Positions 1 to 9,651 of a stretch of DNA of 39,114 bases are shown here, one piece after another. The DNA is from a virus. Where the stretch lies: the IMG/VR virus record IMGVR_UViG_3300014291_000001; one strand, 5' to 3'. Under the pieces are notes generated by a model. The model saw only the letters and a list, made by a program, of their open reading frames with translations, ran no database searches and was not told the origin of the DNA. The translations under genes were made by a program, and so were the position numbers. The number at the start of each line of letters is the position of its first letter. Position 1 is the stretch's first letter.

Positions 1-77
1 CCCGCAACAAGCCATGAAGACTTTGAGCCAACAAGCAACCCAAATGGCCGCTAAGCCAAAGGTTCAATGGCAAGACT
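1..77. repeat. Terminal direct repeat, left copy; identical to 39038..39114 (circular-contig overlap)
   Basis: cccgcaacaagccatgaag...ggttcaatggcaagact occurs at both window ends, 77/77 nt by eye. The reading frame of the tape-measure gene is continuous across the junction. Confidence 0.95.
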
Positions 78-3000
78 TCAAGCTTATGCTAGAGCAAACG
101 CCTGCCGGTATTGCGGCGATTGCGAAAGAAATGGGCATGAGCACCGCTGAAATGGTGCAAGCAGTGCAAGATGGCAAGATTAAGACAGAGGACTTCTTTG
201 ATGCCATCGCTAAGGCCGGTACTAATGACACTTTCAGTAAAATGGCCACAGAGTTCAAGACCGTTGACCAAGCCATTGACGGTATGAAAGAATCTCTTGC
301 TAACAAATTGATGCCACAGTTTGAGAAACTCAATCAGATTGGCATCAAGGCAGTTGTTGGGCTTACTAATGCACTTGAAGGCATTGACATCAACGGTATC
401 GCTGACAAGATTGGCAGCGGGTTGCAATCGCTTTGGAAAGGCTTTGCTAACACCGGAGCGTTGAAGAATCTGGGTGCAACGTTCACTTACATTTCAAGTT
501 CAATTCAGCAATTATTCAGCAAAATCGATGGCAGCAAGCTTATGCAGGGGATTGGCTCAGTGTTTGGTGACATTGCTAACGGTATCTCACAAGCCTTGAA
601 TGTCGCCACAACTTCAGTTAGAAGTTTCATCACTTCGTTCGCTGATACAGGAGCCTTTCAATCGTTTAAGGCAGCAGTGCAAGATACATGGAACGCCCTA
701 AAAACCATTGGATCATCACTTGGCGAGGTGCTTGGTAGCTCACAAATGCAGTCAATCATTTCTGGGATTGCATCAGGCATTGGAACGCTTGTTAACTGGA
801 TTTCTCAAGGGATTTCAGCGATTTCTAAATTTATCAGTAGCCTCCCTAAAGGTGTCCTAAATGGTGTAACTAGTGGAATTCTTGCAATGGTAGCAGGTTT
901 CATGACTGCCAAGGCTGGTATTTCAGCAGTTAGTGCTGCATTGCGAGGACTTGATTTCATCAAGAGCCTTAACCCGTTCAAGAAGTTCGGAGCGGATGCA
1001 GCAGCGGGGACAGCAGAAGCGGCTAACAGTGCGAGACGTTCTAAATCGACGATTACTCAGTTATTCAGCGGTATATCCAACGTTATCAAGTCGTCTGGTA
1101 ATGCAATCAAAGGAATCTTGACAGCCATATTCAAAGGTATTGCTGAAACTTACAAAGGTTTCGGGCAGGGAATGAAATACGTTTTACAAGGGCTTAAAGG
1201 ATTGAATCCAGCAACCTTGCTTTCGTTCGGTGCTGCTGTAGCCGTTTCCGCAATCGGAATCGGTGCAGGGATTGCATTGATTGTTGCTTCATTCTCGCTA
1301 TTAGCAAGTCATGCCAGTGGTGTTTCTCAAATCATCGGCTCTATTGGCTCAGCGTTCGGAACTGTTGTTGAATCTATTGGTAAGGCGGCAGGAACTATCG
1401 TTGAAGCGTTCGGAACTGCCTTTGCTACTGTCGTTAAGGCAGTCGGTGAAGCAGCACCGGGACTAGCTAAACTTTCACCACTTGTTGAAGCCATCGGCAC
1501 TGCTCTAGGCAACGCAGCCCCAGCCATTACAGCGTTTGGGAATGCTTGGACGTCTATTTTAGGGACGTTGCCAGCTATCATTGACGCATTCAGTGGTTTG
1601 GCTACCGCTCTAGGTTCTGCAATCAGTGCAGTAGCTACCGCTATCACTCCGATTGTTCAAATTATCGGAAATACTATTACGGCAGTAGCTCAGATTATTG
1701 CTAACGCTATCGTGGCAATTGCTCCAGTTATCGCAAATTGCATCGTTCAAGTAGCTCAAGTAATCGGTCAATTTGGTCCGCAGATTGCAATGGTTTTACA
1801 AGTAATTGTACAGGCCATTCAAGCAACGGCACCAGTCATTATGACCTTGATTCAAGGAATTGTGACAGTGGTTCAAACACTTGCACCAGTCATTAGTCAA
1901 GTGATTTCTGCAATCGTTACAGTCGTTCAGACTCTTGCACCTATCATAAGCCAAATCATTTCAGTGATTGTTACAGCAATCACTCAAATTGTGCCTATTA
2001 TCACGGCAATTGGTGGTGTGATTAGTGCTGCATTTAGTGGCATTGCCTCAGTTGTTTCAGCAGCAGGAATGGCAATAGCTACGGCTGCAATGGGTATCGG
2101 TACGGCTATTAGTACGGCCCTAAGTGGTGTGGCAAGCATTATTAGTGCTACTGGTTCAGCTATCGGAGCAGCCTTGCAGGGTATTGCTAGCGTGGTGCAA
2201 TCGGTTGGTACTTCTATCAGCACAGCGGCGCAAGGTATCGGAAACGGTATTAAGTCAGCGTTTGAAGGCATTTCAAGCGTGATTACCTCAGCCGGCAGTG
2301 CAATTAGTAGCGTATTGAATAGCCTTGCTAATGTGTTCAACTCAATCGGTACCGCAGCTCAAAAAGCTGGTACTGGTTTCAATCAGCTCGCCAATGGTGT
2401 CGTTAAGATTACCAATACCAATCTTGCGGACATGGCTGCATCTCTTGCAGCGGTTGCCAAGGGGGTTGGTTCTATCGGTGATAATTCAGCGGGACTTGCC
2501 ACAGCGGGTACTGGCATGAAGAACCTTGGCGACGGCATGAGTAAGGTATCTAGCTCAGCATCTAGTGCTGTATCTGGTCTGACATCATTCTCAAGCACGA
2601 TTACAAGCATTCAGTCATCATTTACTAACTTACAATCATTGTTGACCACAGCAGGAACAGCGTTCAGCACGTTCTCTAGTCAAGCTAGTCAATCGCTTGC
2701 CGGTTTAACGGCTATCGTAGCCCCTATCACTGCATTTAGAACGCAAATCATGACACTAGCACCAGCATTAATGCAAGCGGCAACTGGTCTAACTCAGTTC
2801 AGTACCGTTTCAATGTCGCTGACTGCTAGCATGACTTCTATCAGCTCAAGCATGACCATGATGGCTACTAGCTCAACCATGCTAGGTACTAGCTTAACGC
2901 TTGTAGGTACTCAATTCACCATGATTGGCACATCATTGATGATGCTTAACAGTCAATTCATGATGTTTGCAAGCAGTTTGATGCAAATGACTTCACAGCT

Positions 3001-4099
3001 CATGATGGCGGGTTCAGCAGCGACCATGTTTGGTGCTCAACTCATGACTGCTCAGACTGGTTTCAGCATGGTTTCCATGATGGCTACCATGGTATCTAGT
3101 CAGCTTGCTATGCTTGCTAGCTCAGCTCAAATGGCAGGGGCAGGGCTTGCAATGGTAAGTGCTCAAGTCATGATGCTTGCTAGTGTATTTGCTACAGTCG
3201 GAGCGGCAGCAATGACATTGCAAGCTACAATGATGTCGCTTGGTATGGCAGTTAGCGCAGGCATGATGTCAGCGGTTCAAGCGGTAACGTCTGGAGCCAT
3301 GCAAATGACGGCAGCTCTACGTTCTAGTGGCATGCAAATGGTTGCTAGCACGCAAGCCTTCATGAATCAGATTGTCGCAGCAGTTCGTAATGGCATGAAT
3401 CAAGTGGTTGCGGCTATTCGTGCCGGTGGTGCTCAAATGGTATCAGCTATGCAAGCAAGCGGTCAGCAGTTAGTCGCAGTTACGCAAGCAGCGGTTAACC
3501 AAGCAGCAGCCGCAGCAAGAGCCGGTTATGGGGCCTTCTTCTCAGCCGGTGCTTACATGGGGCAAGGTCTTGCCGCTGGTCTTAACTCAGCTCTTGGAGC
3601 AGTTACAGCAGCAGCAAACGCCCTAGTAGCACAAGCGGAACGAGCTGCACAAGCTAAAGCCAAAATCCATTCACCTTCTCACTTATTCCGTGACCAAGTT
3701 GGTTGGTATATCGGTCTTGGTATCGCTCGAGGGATTGATGAATCGGCACCAGAGGTTGCAAATAGCCTTGACTACATCCGTGATCAAGTCAACGGGTTCA
3801 ATGTTCGAGCTAATGCGATGCTCACTGGTGCCACTTCAAACATGGCTAGTCAGCTTAAAATGGAAGTGCTCAGAGATAAAACCCCAGACGCTACAATTTC
3901 AGCACGTCAAGAAGCCTACGCTGCACATTCAGCAGGGTTGCTTGGTGATGTGATTGACGCATTGGGAGACCTCAAAGAACAAATGGCACAAGGTCAAAAT
4001 ATGGTGCTTGACACTGGTGCTCTTGTAGGTGGTACGGTCAACAACTTCAACAGTGCTATCGACACAATCAAAACATTGAAAGGACGACACAGATTATGA
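1..4099 (+). CDS. Tail tape measure protein, main part (5' end lies at 38592..39037 because of circular permutation)
   Basis: Largest ORF in the window, sitting between the tail chaperones and Dit. Low-complexity A/G/S/I/V helical repeats and a C-terminal ...AKIHSPSHLFRDQVGWYIGLGIARGI motif typical of siphovirus TMPs. Frame matches the ATG at 38592 when the 77-nt overlap is collapsed. Confidence 0.9.
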   Translation, partial: PQQAMKTLSQQATQMAAKPKVQWQDFKLMLEQTPAGIAAIAKEMGMSTAEMVQAVQDGKIKTEDFFDAIAKAGTNDTFSKMATEFKTVDQAIDGMKESLANKLMPQFEKLNQIGIKAVVGLTNALEGIDINGIADKIGSGLQSLWKGFANTGALKNLGATFTYISSSIQQLFSKIDGSKLMQGIGSVFGDIANGISQALNVATTSVRSFITSFADTGAFQSFKAAVQDTWNALKTIGSSLGEVLGSSQMQSIISGIASGIGTLVNWISQGISAISKFISSLPKGVLNGVTSGILAMVAGFMTAKAGISAVSAALRGLDFIKSLNPFKKFGADAAAGTAEAANSARRSKSTITQLFSGISNVIKSSGNAIKGILTAIFKGIAETYKGFGQGMKYVLQGLKGLNPATLLSFGAAVAVSAIGIGAGIALIVASFSLLASHASGVSQIIGSIGSAFGTVVESIGKAAGTIVEAFGTAFATVVKAVGEAAPGLAKLSPLVEAIGTALGNAAPAITAFGNAWTSILGTLPAIIDAFSGLATALGSAISAVATAITPIVQIIGNTITAVAQIIANAIVAIAPVIANCIVQVAQVIGQFGPQIAMVLQVIVQAIQATAPVIMTLIQGIVTVVQTLAPVISQVISAIVTVVQTLAPIISQIISVIVTAITQIVPIITAIGGVISAAFSGIASVVSAAGMAIATAAMGIGTAISTALSGVASIISATGSAIGAALQGIASVVQSVGTSISTAAQGIGNGIKSAFEGISSVITSAGSAISSVLNSLANVFNSIGTAAQKAGTGFNQLANGVVKITNTNLADMAASLAAVAKGVGSIGDNSAGLATAGTGMKNLGDGMSKVSSSASSAVSGLTSFSSTITSIQSSFTNLQSLLTTAGTAFSTFSSQASQSLAGLTAIVAPITAFRTQIMTLAPALMQAATGLTQFSTVSMSLTASMTSISSSMTMMATSSTMLGTSLTLVGTQFTMIGTSLMMLNSQFMMFASSLMQMTSQLMMAGSAATMFGAQLMTAQTGFSMVSMMATMVSSQLAMLASSAQMAGAGLAMVSAQVMMLASVFATVGAAAMTLQATMMSLGMAVSAGMMSAVQAVTSGAMQMTAALRSSGMQMVASTQAFMNQIVAAVRNGMNQVVAAIRAGGAQMVSAMQASGQQLVAVTQAAVNQAAAAARAGYGAFFSAGAYMGQGLAAGLNSALGAVTAAANALVAQAERAAQAKAKIHSPSHLFRDQVGWYIGLGIARGIDESAPEVANSLDYIRDQVNGFNVRANAMLTGATSNMASQLKMEVLRDKTPDATISARQEAYAAHSAGLLGDVIDALGDLKEQMAQGQNMVLDTGALVGGTVNNFNSAIDTIKTLKGRHRL

Positions 4100-4824
4100 T
4101 TACTAAAATTAAAGAATATATCACGTTCGGCGATTTTGATAGTCGAAAGTCTGGATGGTACCTTCAAAAACGTGAAGCACCCACGCCAGACGAGAAAGAG
4201 ATTGTTGAGTCTATCCCTTTTATGCAGGGTGTTCTCGACTTCTCTAGTGTCTTGGGTGAGCGTGTCTTTGAGTCTAGAGAAATAACGTATGAGTTTAAAT
4301 TGCCTTTTACGGAATACGAAGACCGTAAAACCGCAGAGCGTATGATTAAGTCTCAAATGGTTACTAAAACGGAGCGAAAGCTATTTGATACGCATGACCG
4401 CAGATATTACTGGATGGGTAAAATCAAGCACATCAAAGTGGCAGACGACCCCATCAGAAAGAACCTGGTTGCTACAATCACATTCAAGTGCTATCCGTTC
4501 GCTTTCCATGAGAACGAATATTTTGACGATGTCTGGGATACATTTGATTTTGAAAGTGATGATTCAACATGGACTAAATGGCAACTTGGGTATACGAAAT
4601 CAGAAAGGACAATCTACTTTGTCAATTCTGGTGATACATCTATCAGTCCAGTAATTTATTGTGATGAGGACATCACGCTTACCGATTCAGAGGGTGTGAT
4701 TTACAACTTGAAACGAGGAGAAAACAGGGAGTTTGCATTGACACTTTATCAAGGGATTAACTACTTTAAGGCTAAAGGCAATGGCACGATTGCCATGCAC
4801 TTTAATAACGAGGTGATGGCATGA
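4096..4824 (+). CDS. Distal tail protein (Dit-like, siphovirus tail family)
   Basis: 242 aa. Its ATG overlaps the TMP stop (ATGA). Position immediately after the TMP and size fit Dit. Confidence 0.7.
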   Translation: MITKIKEYITFGDFDSRKSGWYLQKREAPTPDEKEIVESIPFMQGVLDFSSVLGERVFESREITYEFKLPFTEYEDRKTAERMIKSQMVTKTERKLFDTHDRRYYWMGKIKHIKVADDPIRKNLVATITFKCYPFAFHENEYFDDVWDTFDFESDDSTWTKWQLGYTKSERTIYFVNSGDTSISPVIYCDEDITLTDSEGVIYNLKRGENREFALTLYQGINYFKAKGNGTIAMHFNNEVMA

Positions 4825-6683
4825 GTGCAAGCGGTAAAATCGAAGTATTTAACATTAGTCACACAGGCTACGCTGTCAAGGTTTCAAACCTCAGTAACGA
4901 CACTGGTATCAAAGGGGTGTTGTTTCCAACGTGGAGCAGGAAAACGAACTACTCACCTAGCGCCGGTAAGGAGATAGATCAAGACGATATTATCTGGTAT
5001 GACGGCGTAGAATGGGGCGGTAATTGGTACTGTACGGTTAACATTTCAGACCACAACAATGAGCATGGGGAGTTTCTAACGCATGTCTATGTGTATGACA
5101 ATAACGGGCAACTTGTCGGTGTTGGTGGTGAAAAAATCGTCGTTCCAGAACCGCCAGAAACCACTAAACAAAAGGGCGGTTATGCAGTTTACTGGTGGAG
5201 TGATTTCAATGCTAGACGCTGGGATAAGCTCAATCGTACTAATGCGGCACGAAAGACTATCCATGACCCATACAGCCCAAGAGGTGGTACGGTTATCGCT
5301 GGTGAAATCAACCAAGCTCTAAACACCATTCATGAATTTTCGTTTGCAATTCCTTTCACTCACCCTCTTTACAACAAGATGGTGCCGTTTAAATCAATCG
5401 TCGAAGTAGTTAACCTCTACGATGGCAAGATTGAATTTGTGGGCAGGGTGTTGACATCGACGAATGAAATGGCAACGAACGGATTTGCTCAGAAAGTGAC
5501 CTGCGAGGACTTCCTTTCATTCCTTCATGATTCTGCTCAATGGTTCCAGAAATTACCGAATCAAGGAGCGGCACCTTACTTGACTGAAATTCTAAGGGTT
5601 GCTAACGGAGAGGTCGAGGACTACAAACGCATTAATCTTGGCACTTGCACGGTTAACAGTAGGACCGATAAGCCTTGGCGTTATCTTGGATATGAGAGCA
5701 CTTGGGACTGTGTTCGAGAGCGTATCGTTAACAATATCGGTGGTTATTTGACCATCTACGAGCGAAACACTCGTTTATATGTGGACTGGACCGCCCAGAT
5801 TGGAGAAACCAAGAAATCACCGCTTCAAATCGGTAAGAATATTAAATCAGCAAGCCGAGAGCTTGATTTTGACGGTCTAGCTACTCAAATTATGCCGATT
5901 GGTGCTGATATCCAGAAGGAACATCCAGACGAGGACCAGAGCCCTGATGTGACCAGAGAACAGTTGACCATTTGGCACGTTAACAATAACAGTGCGTTTT
6001 TGGAAGACAAAGAGCTGATAAAAGAGTTTGGTATTATCCGTAAGGCTGTAATCTGGACTGAAATCGACAACCCTAGCGTTTTGCTTGCCCGTGGTAAGCA
6101 GTACTTACGTAACCAAAAAATCGCACTCGCGAAGTGGACAATCTCAGCGGTAGAGCGTTATCTGATTGATAGCCGTTACGATAAATTTGAAATTGGGAAC
6201 AAGCACCCGATTATCAACGCCCCTCTATCTGGGATTGAAACTTTGCAAATCTTGGAAAAGAAAATTGATATCCTAAACCCACAGAGTGTTGATTTGACTA
6301 TCGGCTCACAATCTCAGTCACTTTCAGCCTATCAGCTACAGTTACAAGAGGCTGAAAACTCTATCGAACGCTTGAAACAGAACACTTCTACAGCGAACAA
6401 AGAGAAGCGTTTGAGGGCTCTTAAAGACCAACTCGCAGCACTCAAGAATAAACCTAGCTCAGCACCTACAGCCCCAACCGCACCAACACCGCCTGGTCCA
6501 AACGCATCAGCGGACGAGATTGCCGCTTATGATAAGCAATACGCTGATTATCTGGCAGCTAAGGCTAATTATGATAACCAGTTAGCATCGTACAACATGG
6601 ACGAGCAGGAGCGTGCTAGAACAATCAAGGATGTAGAAGCTGAAATCGCTAGACTTCAAAAAGAATTAAATGGAGGTAATTAA
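4821..6683 (+). CDS. Tail-associated lysin / baseplate hub (prophage tail endopeptidase family) with N-terminal GBS Bsp-like repeat domain
   Basis: 620 aa, ATGA overlap with Dit. The N-terminal ~110 aa fit the Bsp-like repeat pattern (FPTWS...QDDIIWYDG...VNISDHNNEHGEFLTHVYVYDNNGQLVGVGG). The central part is Tal-like. The C-terminus is Pro-rich followed by a coiled coil. Confidence 0.75.
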   Translation: MSASGKIEVFNISHTGYAVKVSNLSNDTGIKGVLFPTWSRKTNYSPSAGKEIDQDDIIWYDGVEWGGNWYCTVNISDHNNEHGEFLTHVYVYDNNGQLVGVGGEKIVVPEPPETTKQKGGYAVYWWSDFNARRWDKLNRTNAARKTIHDPYSPRGGTVIAGEINQALNTIHEFSFAIPFTHPLYNKMVPFKSIVEVVNLYDGKIEFVGRVLTSTNEMATNGFAQKVTCEDFLSFLHDSAQWFQKLPNQGAAPYLTEILRVANGEVEDYKRINLGTCTVNSRTDKPWRYLGYESTWDCVRERIVNNIGGYLTIYERNTRLYVDWTAQIGETKKSPLQIGKNIKSASRELDFDGLATQIMPIGADIQKEHPDEDQSPDVTREQLTIWHVNNNSAFLEDKELIKEFGIIRKAVIWTEIDNPSVLLARGKQYLRNQKIALAKWTISAVERYLIDSRYDKFEIGNKHPIINAPLSGIETLQILEKKIDILNPQSVDLTIGSQSQSLSAYQLQLQEAENSIERLKQNTSTANKEKRLRALKDQLAALKNKPSSAPTAPTAPTPPGPNASADEIAAYDKQYADYLAAKANYDNQLASYNMDEQERARTIKDVEAEIARLQKELNGGN

Positions 6684-6685
6684 AC

Positions 6686-9181
6686 ATGCCACAAACTGAA
6701 GCAGAGGGACGTTTGAACCTCTACGATGATGTCACGCCTTTGGAAAAAACTAAAAACATTAACGTTTTGACAAAGGGCATCCGCAAGAAAACAAGAGGGG
6801 CGGATGTTCGAGAAGCTATTGCCACGGCCATCGAGGTGACCTACGCTGACGGAGCTACTAACGGGAACGCCAACATGGAAGTCATCAAAGCCCGGGGACT
6901 AGCCAGCAACCTTGATGATCGTCTCAGCACTATCGAGAACACGCTAAACGGGAAGGCAAGCGCTGACTTCGTTGAAAAAAAATTCAATAAAATTGAATCC
7001 AACGCTCCTAAGGCTGTTCTCAGCTCACTATCTGAAATCAGTAGCACTTACCCAAACGGTGCCAACGGTATCGTGGTAGCGAAAGACACGGGGAAATGGT
7101 ACTACTACGACGAGGGGGCTCGTTCTTGGAAAGAAGGGGGCGTTTACCAGTCTAGGGGCCTTGGTGGTAATGAAGTTACCGCTGATAATATCGACTTTGC
7201 CCAAGGCATCAAGCAAATGCTTACTGACCGCATTACCGGTACATTCTGGGTTGAAAATGGCGGTAAGATTATCAACGACACAAACAACACATGGTCTCGC
7301 TATTTGCCTATCACTATGTATAAGGGTAAAACCTATTACATCGTGGGTGCTCGTGGCGTGCTATCTTACGTTACATCGGTTGACGGTAGTCGAATTATTA
7401 AGAAATTGGCTGATAGCGATGTACTAACTACCACAGAATACACACCCACAGAGGACTCACTGCTCTATATTTCAACTCGAAACGATGATACTAAACCTAA
7501 AGTGTTTAATGCATCGGTATCTCAACTAGCAGCAACTAACGTTGATATGAACAATTTGCCAGACGGGTATGTTTCGCTTAAAATCCCTAAATTGGAAGTG
7601 GATGTTAAAGCTACTGATTTGTCTTTCGTGACACAAATCAAGCAACTTATCGATGAGAACACTCTTATTCGTGGGAAATACTATAATGGTAACGCTAAAT
7701 CGACAGGGGACGAGCCAACATGGGCTGTTTACCCACCAATTTATCTCGAAAAGGGCAAAAAGTACGGTTTGAAGGGTGTTCGTGGTGTGTTCACATTCTA
7801 CTTCAGTCTGGATAATCGAAAATTGAAGCAATTCTCAAGCGGTGACAATGTTGTCGATGCCGACTACACACCAGACGAAACGGGTTATTTATTAATTACA
7901 AGGCGGCTTGCCGATAACCCTTGTAAACTGATTCAAGGCGGTCTTGCTGGAGCTGCGAAACTTCCAAACCTTAATTATGGAGCGAGCGCCCTTGAAAGTA
8001 ACACGCCGATAGCGTTCCCGAAAATCAAAAACGAGTACACTATAAAGAAAGCGGGCGGAGATTTCAGCACACTAACCGAAGCCATTAAGGCAGTCGGTGC
8101 CGGTAACGCCGACGACCCTGTAACGCTCTATATTCATTCGGGAGAATATGACATCTTGCAAGAACTTGGTGGAGATGCGTTCCTTCGAAGTGTAGAAAGC
8201 AACGGAAGCGAGCGCCAAGGTATCGAAGTGCCTGACTACGTTAATATTATCGGAGTCGGTGATGTTCGCCTTAAAATGGAAATTCCAGACAATAAGACCA
8301 CTTGGGCAACTTCAAGCCGTACAAGCGTTTTAAACGTTTGGCGTCATAATACAATCAAGAATATCAAAATCACTGTCCGCAATACCCGCTACGCAGTCCA
8401 TGATGAGACTAACAACCAGTACAGTAACAATGATATGAAGTACATTGATTGTTACTTTGAGCATCAAGGAAACAAAAACGGTGTTTGGAGCTCAACGCAA
8501 GCATACGCAGCGGGTATGGGTTCTGGTGGTAACTATCTGTTTGATAACTGCACATTCAAATCTAATACGTTGCCATTTTCAATGCACGACAACTTCAATG
8601 TCGAAGCCAATCGTGTCAAGATTACTAAATGTACCTTTATTACTGGTGCTGGGGAAGATTCAATCCGTTTTGGGTCTTACGGTACGGGGGCTAAGAAATC
8701 AATTGTCACCATTGAAAACTGTAATATCGATAAAGCTGTTAAGTCATTTGAAGAGCAAGGGAACTCGCACCACGGCAACCACTTCTCAATTTCTGGTGGT
8801 GGCAACACTGTAGTGCCTTATGTGACTGTAAACAGTGCAGGGCGTAAAGAACGTATTGAATTTGCTGATGAAGTTAGAACACTTGGGAATTCAAGTAGTA
8901 CAAAAATCACAGTCGGAACACCCGTTAAACTGGTCGGTACTTCTGTCCAGCCTCTAGGAGCTGATGAACCGTGGTTATTCTACGGTGTAGCACTTGACGA
9001 TATCGAGCAATGGCAACGAGGAATCATTAAGTACGCTGGATACATTGCAAAAGAAGACACTGGCATCGGTTCACTGTCGACGGGTCAACGCATTGGCTTG
9101 GTTAGTGGTCGTTTAGCAGCGGTGGATTCTAACGACTTCATCGCTTATGCCACTGACGGCAATAATATTCTTTTGAAATAA
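6686..9181 (+). CDS. Receptor-binding / tail fibre protein with tandem duplicated ~105-aa modules and a C-terminal beta-helix (pectin-lyase-fold-like) domain
   Basis: 831 aa following Tal. N-terminal fibre motif EVIKARG...LDDRL. Internal duplication at about 7187-7507 and 7610-7930. GGDFSTLTEAIKAVGAGNADDPVTLYIHSGEYDI resembles the start of pectinesterase or pectate-lyase-type beta-helices. Confidence 0.65.
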   Translation: MPQTEAEGRLNLYDDVTPLEKTKNINVLTKGIRKKTRGADVREAIATAIEVTYADGATNGNANMEVIKARGLASNLDDRLSTIENTLNGKASADFVEKKFNKIESNAPKAVLSSLSEISSTYPNGANGIVVAKDTGKWYYYDEGARSWKEGGVYQSRGLGGNEVTADNIDFAQGIKQMLTDRITGTFWVENGGKIINDTNNTWSRYLPITMYKGKTYYIVGARGVLSYVTSVDGSRIIKKLADSDVLTTTEYTPTEDSLLYISTRNDDTKPKVFNASVSQLAATNVDMNNLPDGYVSLKIPKLEVDVKATDLSFVTQIKQLIDENTLIRGKYYNGNAKSTGDEPTWAVYPPIYLEKGKKYGLKGVRGVFTFYFSLDNRKLKQFSSGDNVVDADYTPDETGYLLITRRLADNPCKLIQGGLAGAAKLPNLNYGASALESNTPIAFPKIKNEYTIKKAGGDFSTLTEAIKAVGAGNADDPVTLYIHSGEYDILQELGGDAFLRSVESNGSERQGIEVPDYVNIIGVGDVRLKMEIPDNKTTWATSSRTSVLNVWRHNTIKNIKITVRNTRYAVHDETNNQYSNNDMKYIDCYFEHQGNKNGVWSSTQAYAAGMGSGGNYLFDNCTFKSNTLPFSMHDNFNVEANRVKITKCTFITGAGEDSIRFGSYGTGAKKSIVTIENCNIDKAVKSFEEQGNSHHGNHFSISGGGNTVVPYVTVNSAGRKERIEFADEVRTLGNSSSTKITVGTPVKLVGTSVQPLGADEPWLFYGVALDDIEQWQRGIIKYAGYIAKEDTGIGSLSTGQRIGLVSGRLAAVDSNDFIAYATDGNNILLK

Positions 9182-9222
9182 GATTAAAAATGGGGGTTAA
9201 ATAACATGTTAAGGAGTGTGAA

Positions 9223-9651
9223 ATGCACAGTAAACCAGACGGAATTTTCGGAGTATTCGACGTAGTCCGAGATTTCTATGAGCACGGTATTGATGACCAT
9301 CTTTGGGTGTTTATACTCATGGTGATTATCTTTTCAGATATCGTCGTGGGTGTGTCCAGGGCTTGGGCTGCCCATGAGTTTTCAAGCTCAAAATTTCGTA
9401 AAGGACTAGTCAGCCACACGGCAATGATTACATTTGTAGCCATATTCTATCCGTTCGCTGTATTCATGAATTTAGGCGGTGTACTCGATACATTTATCTT
9501 TGCCATGATAGCCGCTTACGGCTCTAGTATTTTGGCTAGTCTATCAGCACTAGGGGTTGAAATCCCTTATATCGACAAGTATGTTAAGAGAAATATTGAT
9601 AAAGATAAATTCTTTCTCAATGAAGAAAAGGAGAATAATGACAATGATTAA
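9223..9651 (+). CDS. Holin (TcdE / phage_holin_4-like)
   Basis: 142 aa with SD AAGGAG. Several hydrophobic helices (LWVFILMVIIFSDIVVGV, AMITFVAIFYPFAVF, FIFAMIAAYGSSILASL) and a charged C-terminal tail. Confidence 0.7.
   Translation: MHSKPDGIFGVFDVVRDFYEHGIDDHLWVFILMVIIFSDIVVGVSRAWAAHEFSSSKFRKGLVSHTAMITFVAIFYPFAVFMNLGGVLDTFIFAMIAAYGSSILASLSALGVEIPYIDKYVKRNIDKDKFFLNEEKENNDND

Noticed and set aside
64-3953. Numerous 60-120-aa ORFs on both strands inside the tape-measure gene (e.g. 64..333-, 89..427-, 1327..1647-, 1984..2340-, 2383..2610-, 3690..3953+)
   Set aside because: They are fully embedded in a long, compositionally biased gene. They lack SD sites and their products are low-complexity mirror images of the TMP repeats. 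I read them as shadow ORFs.
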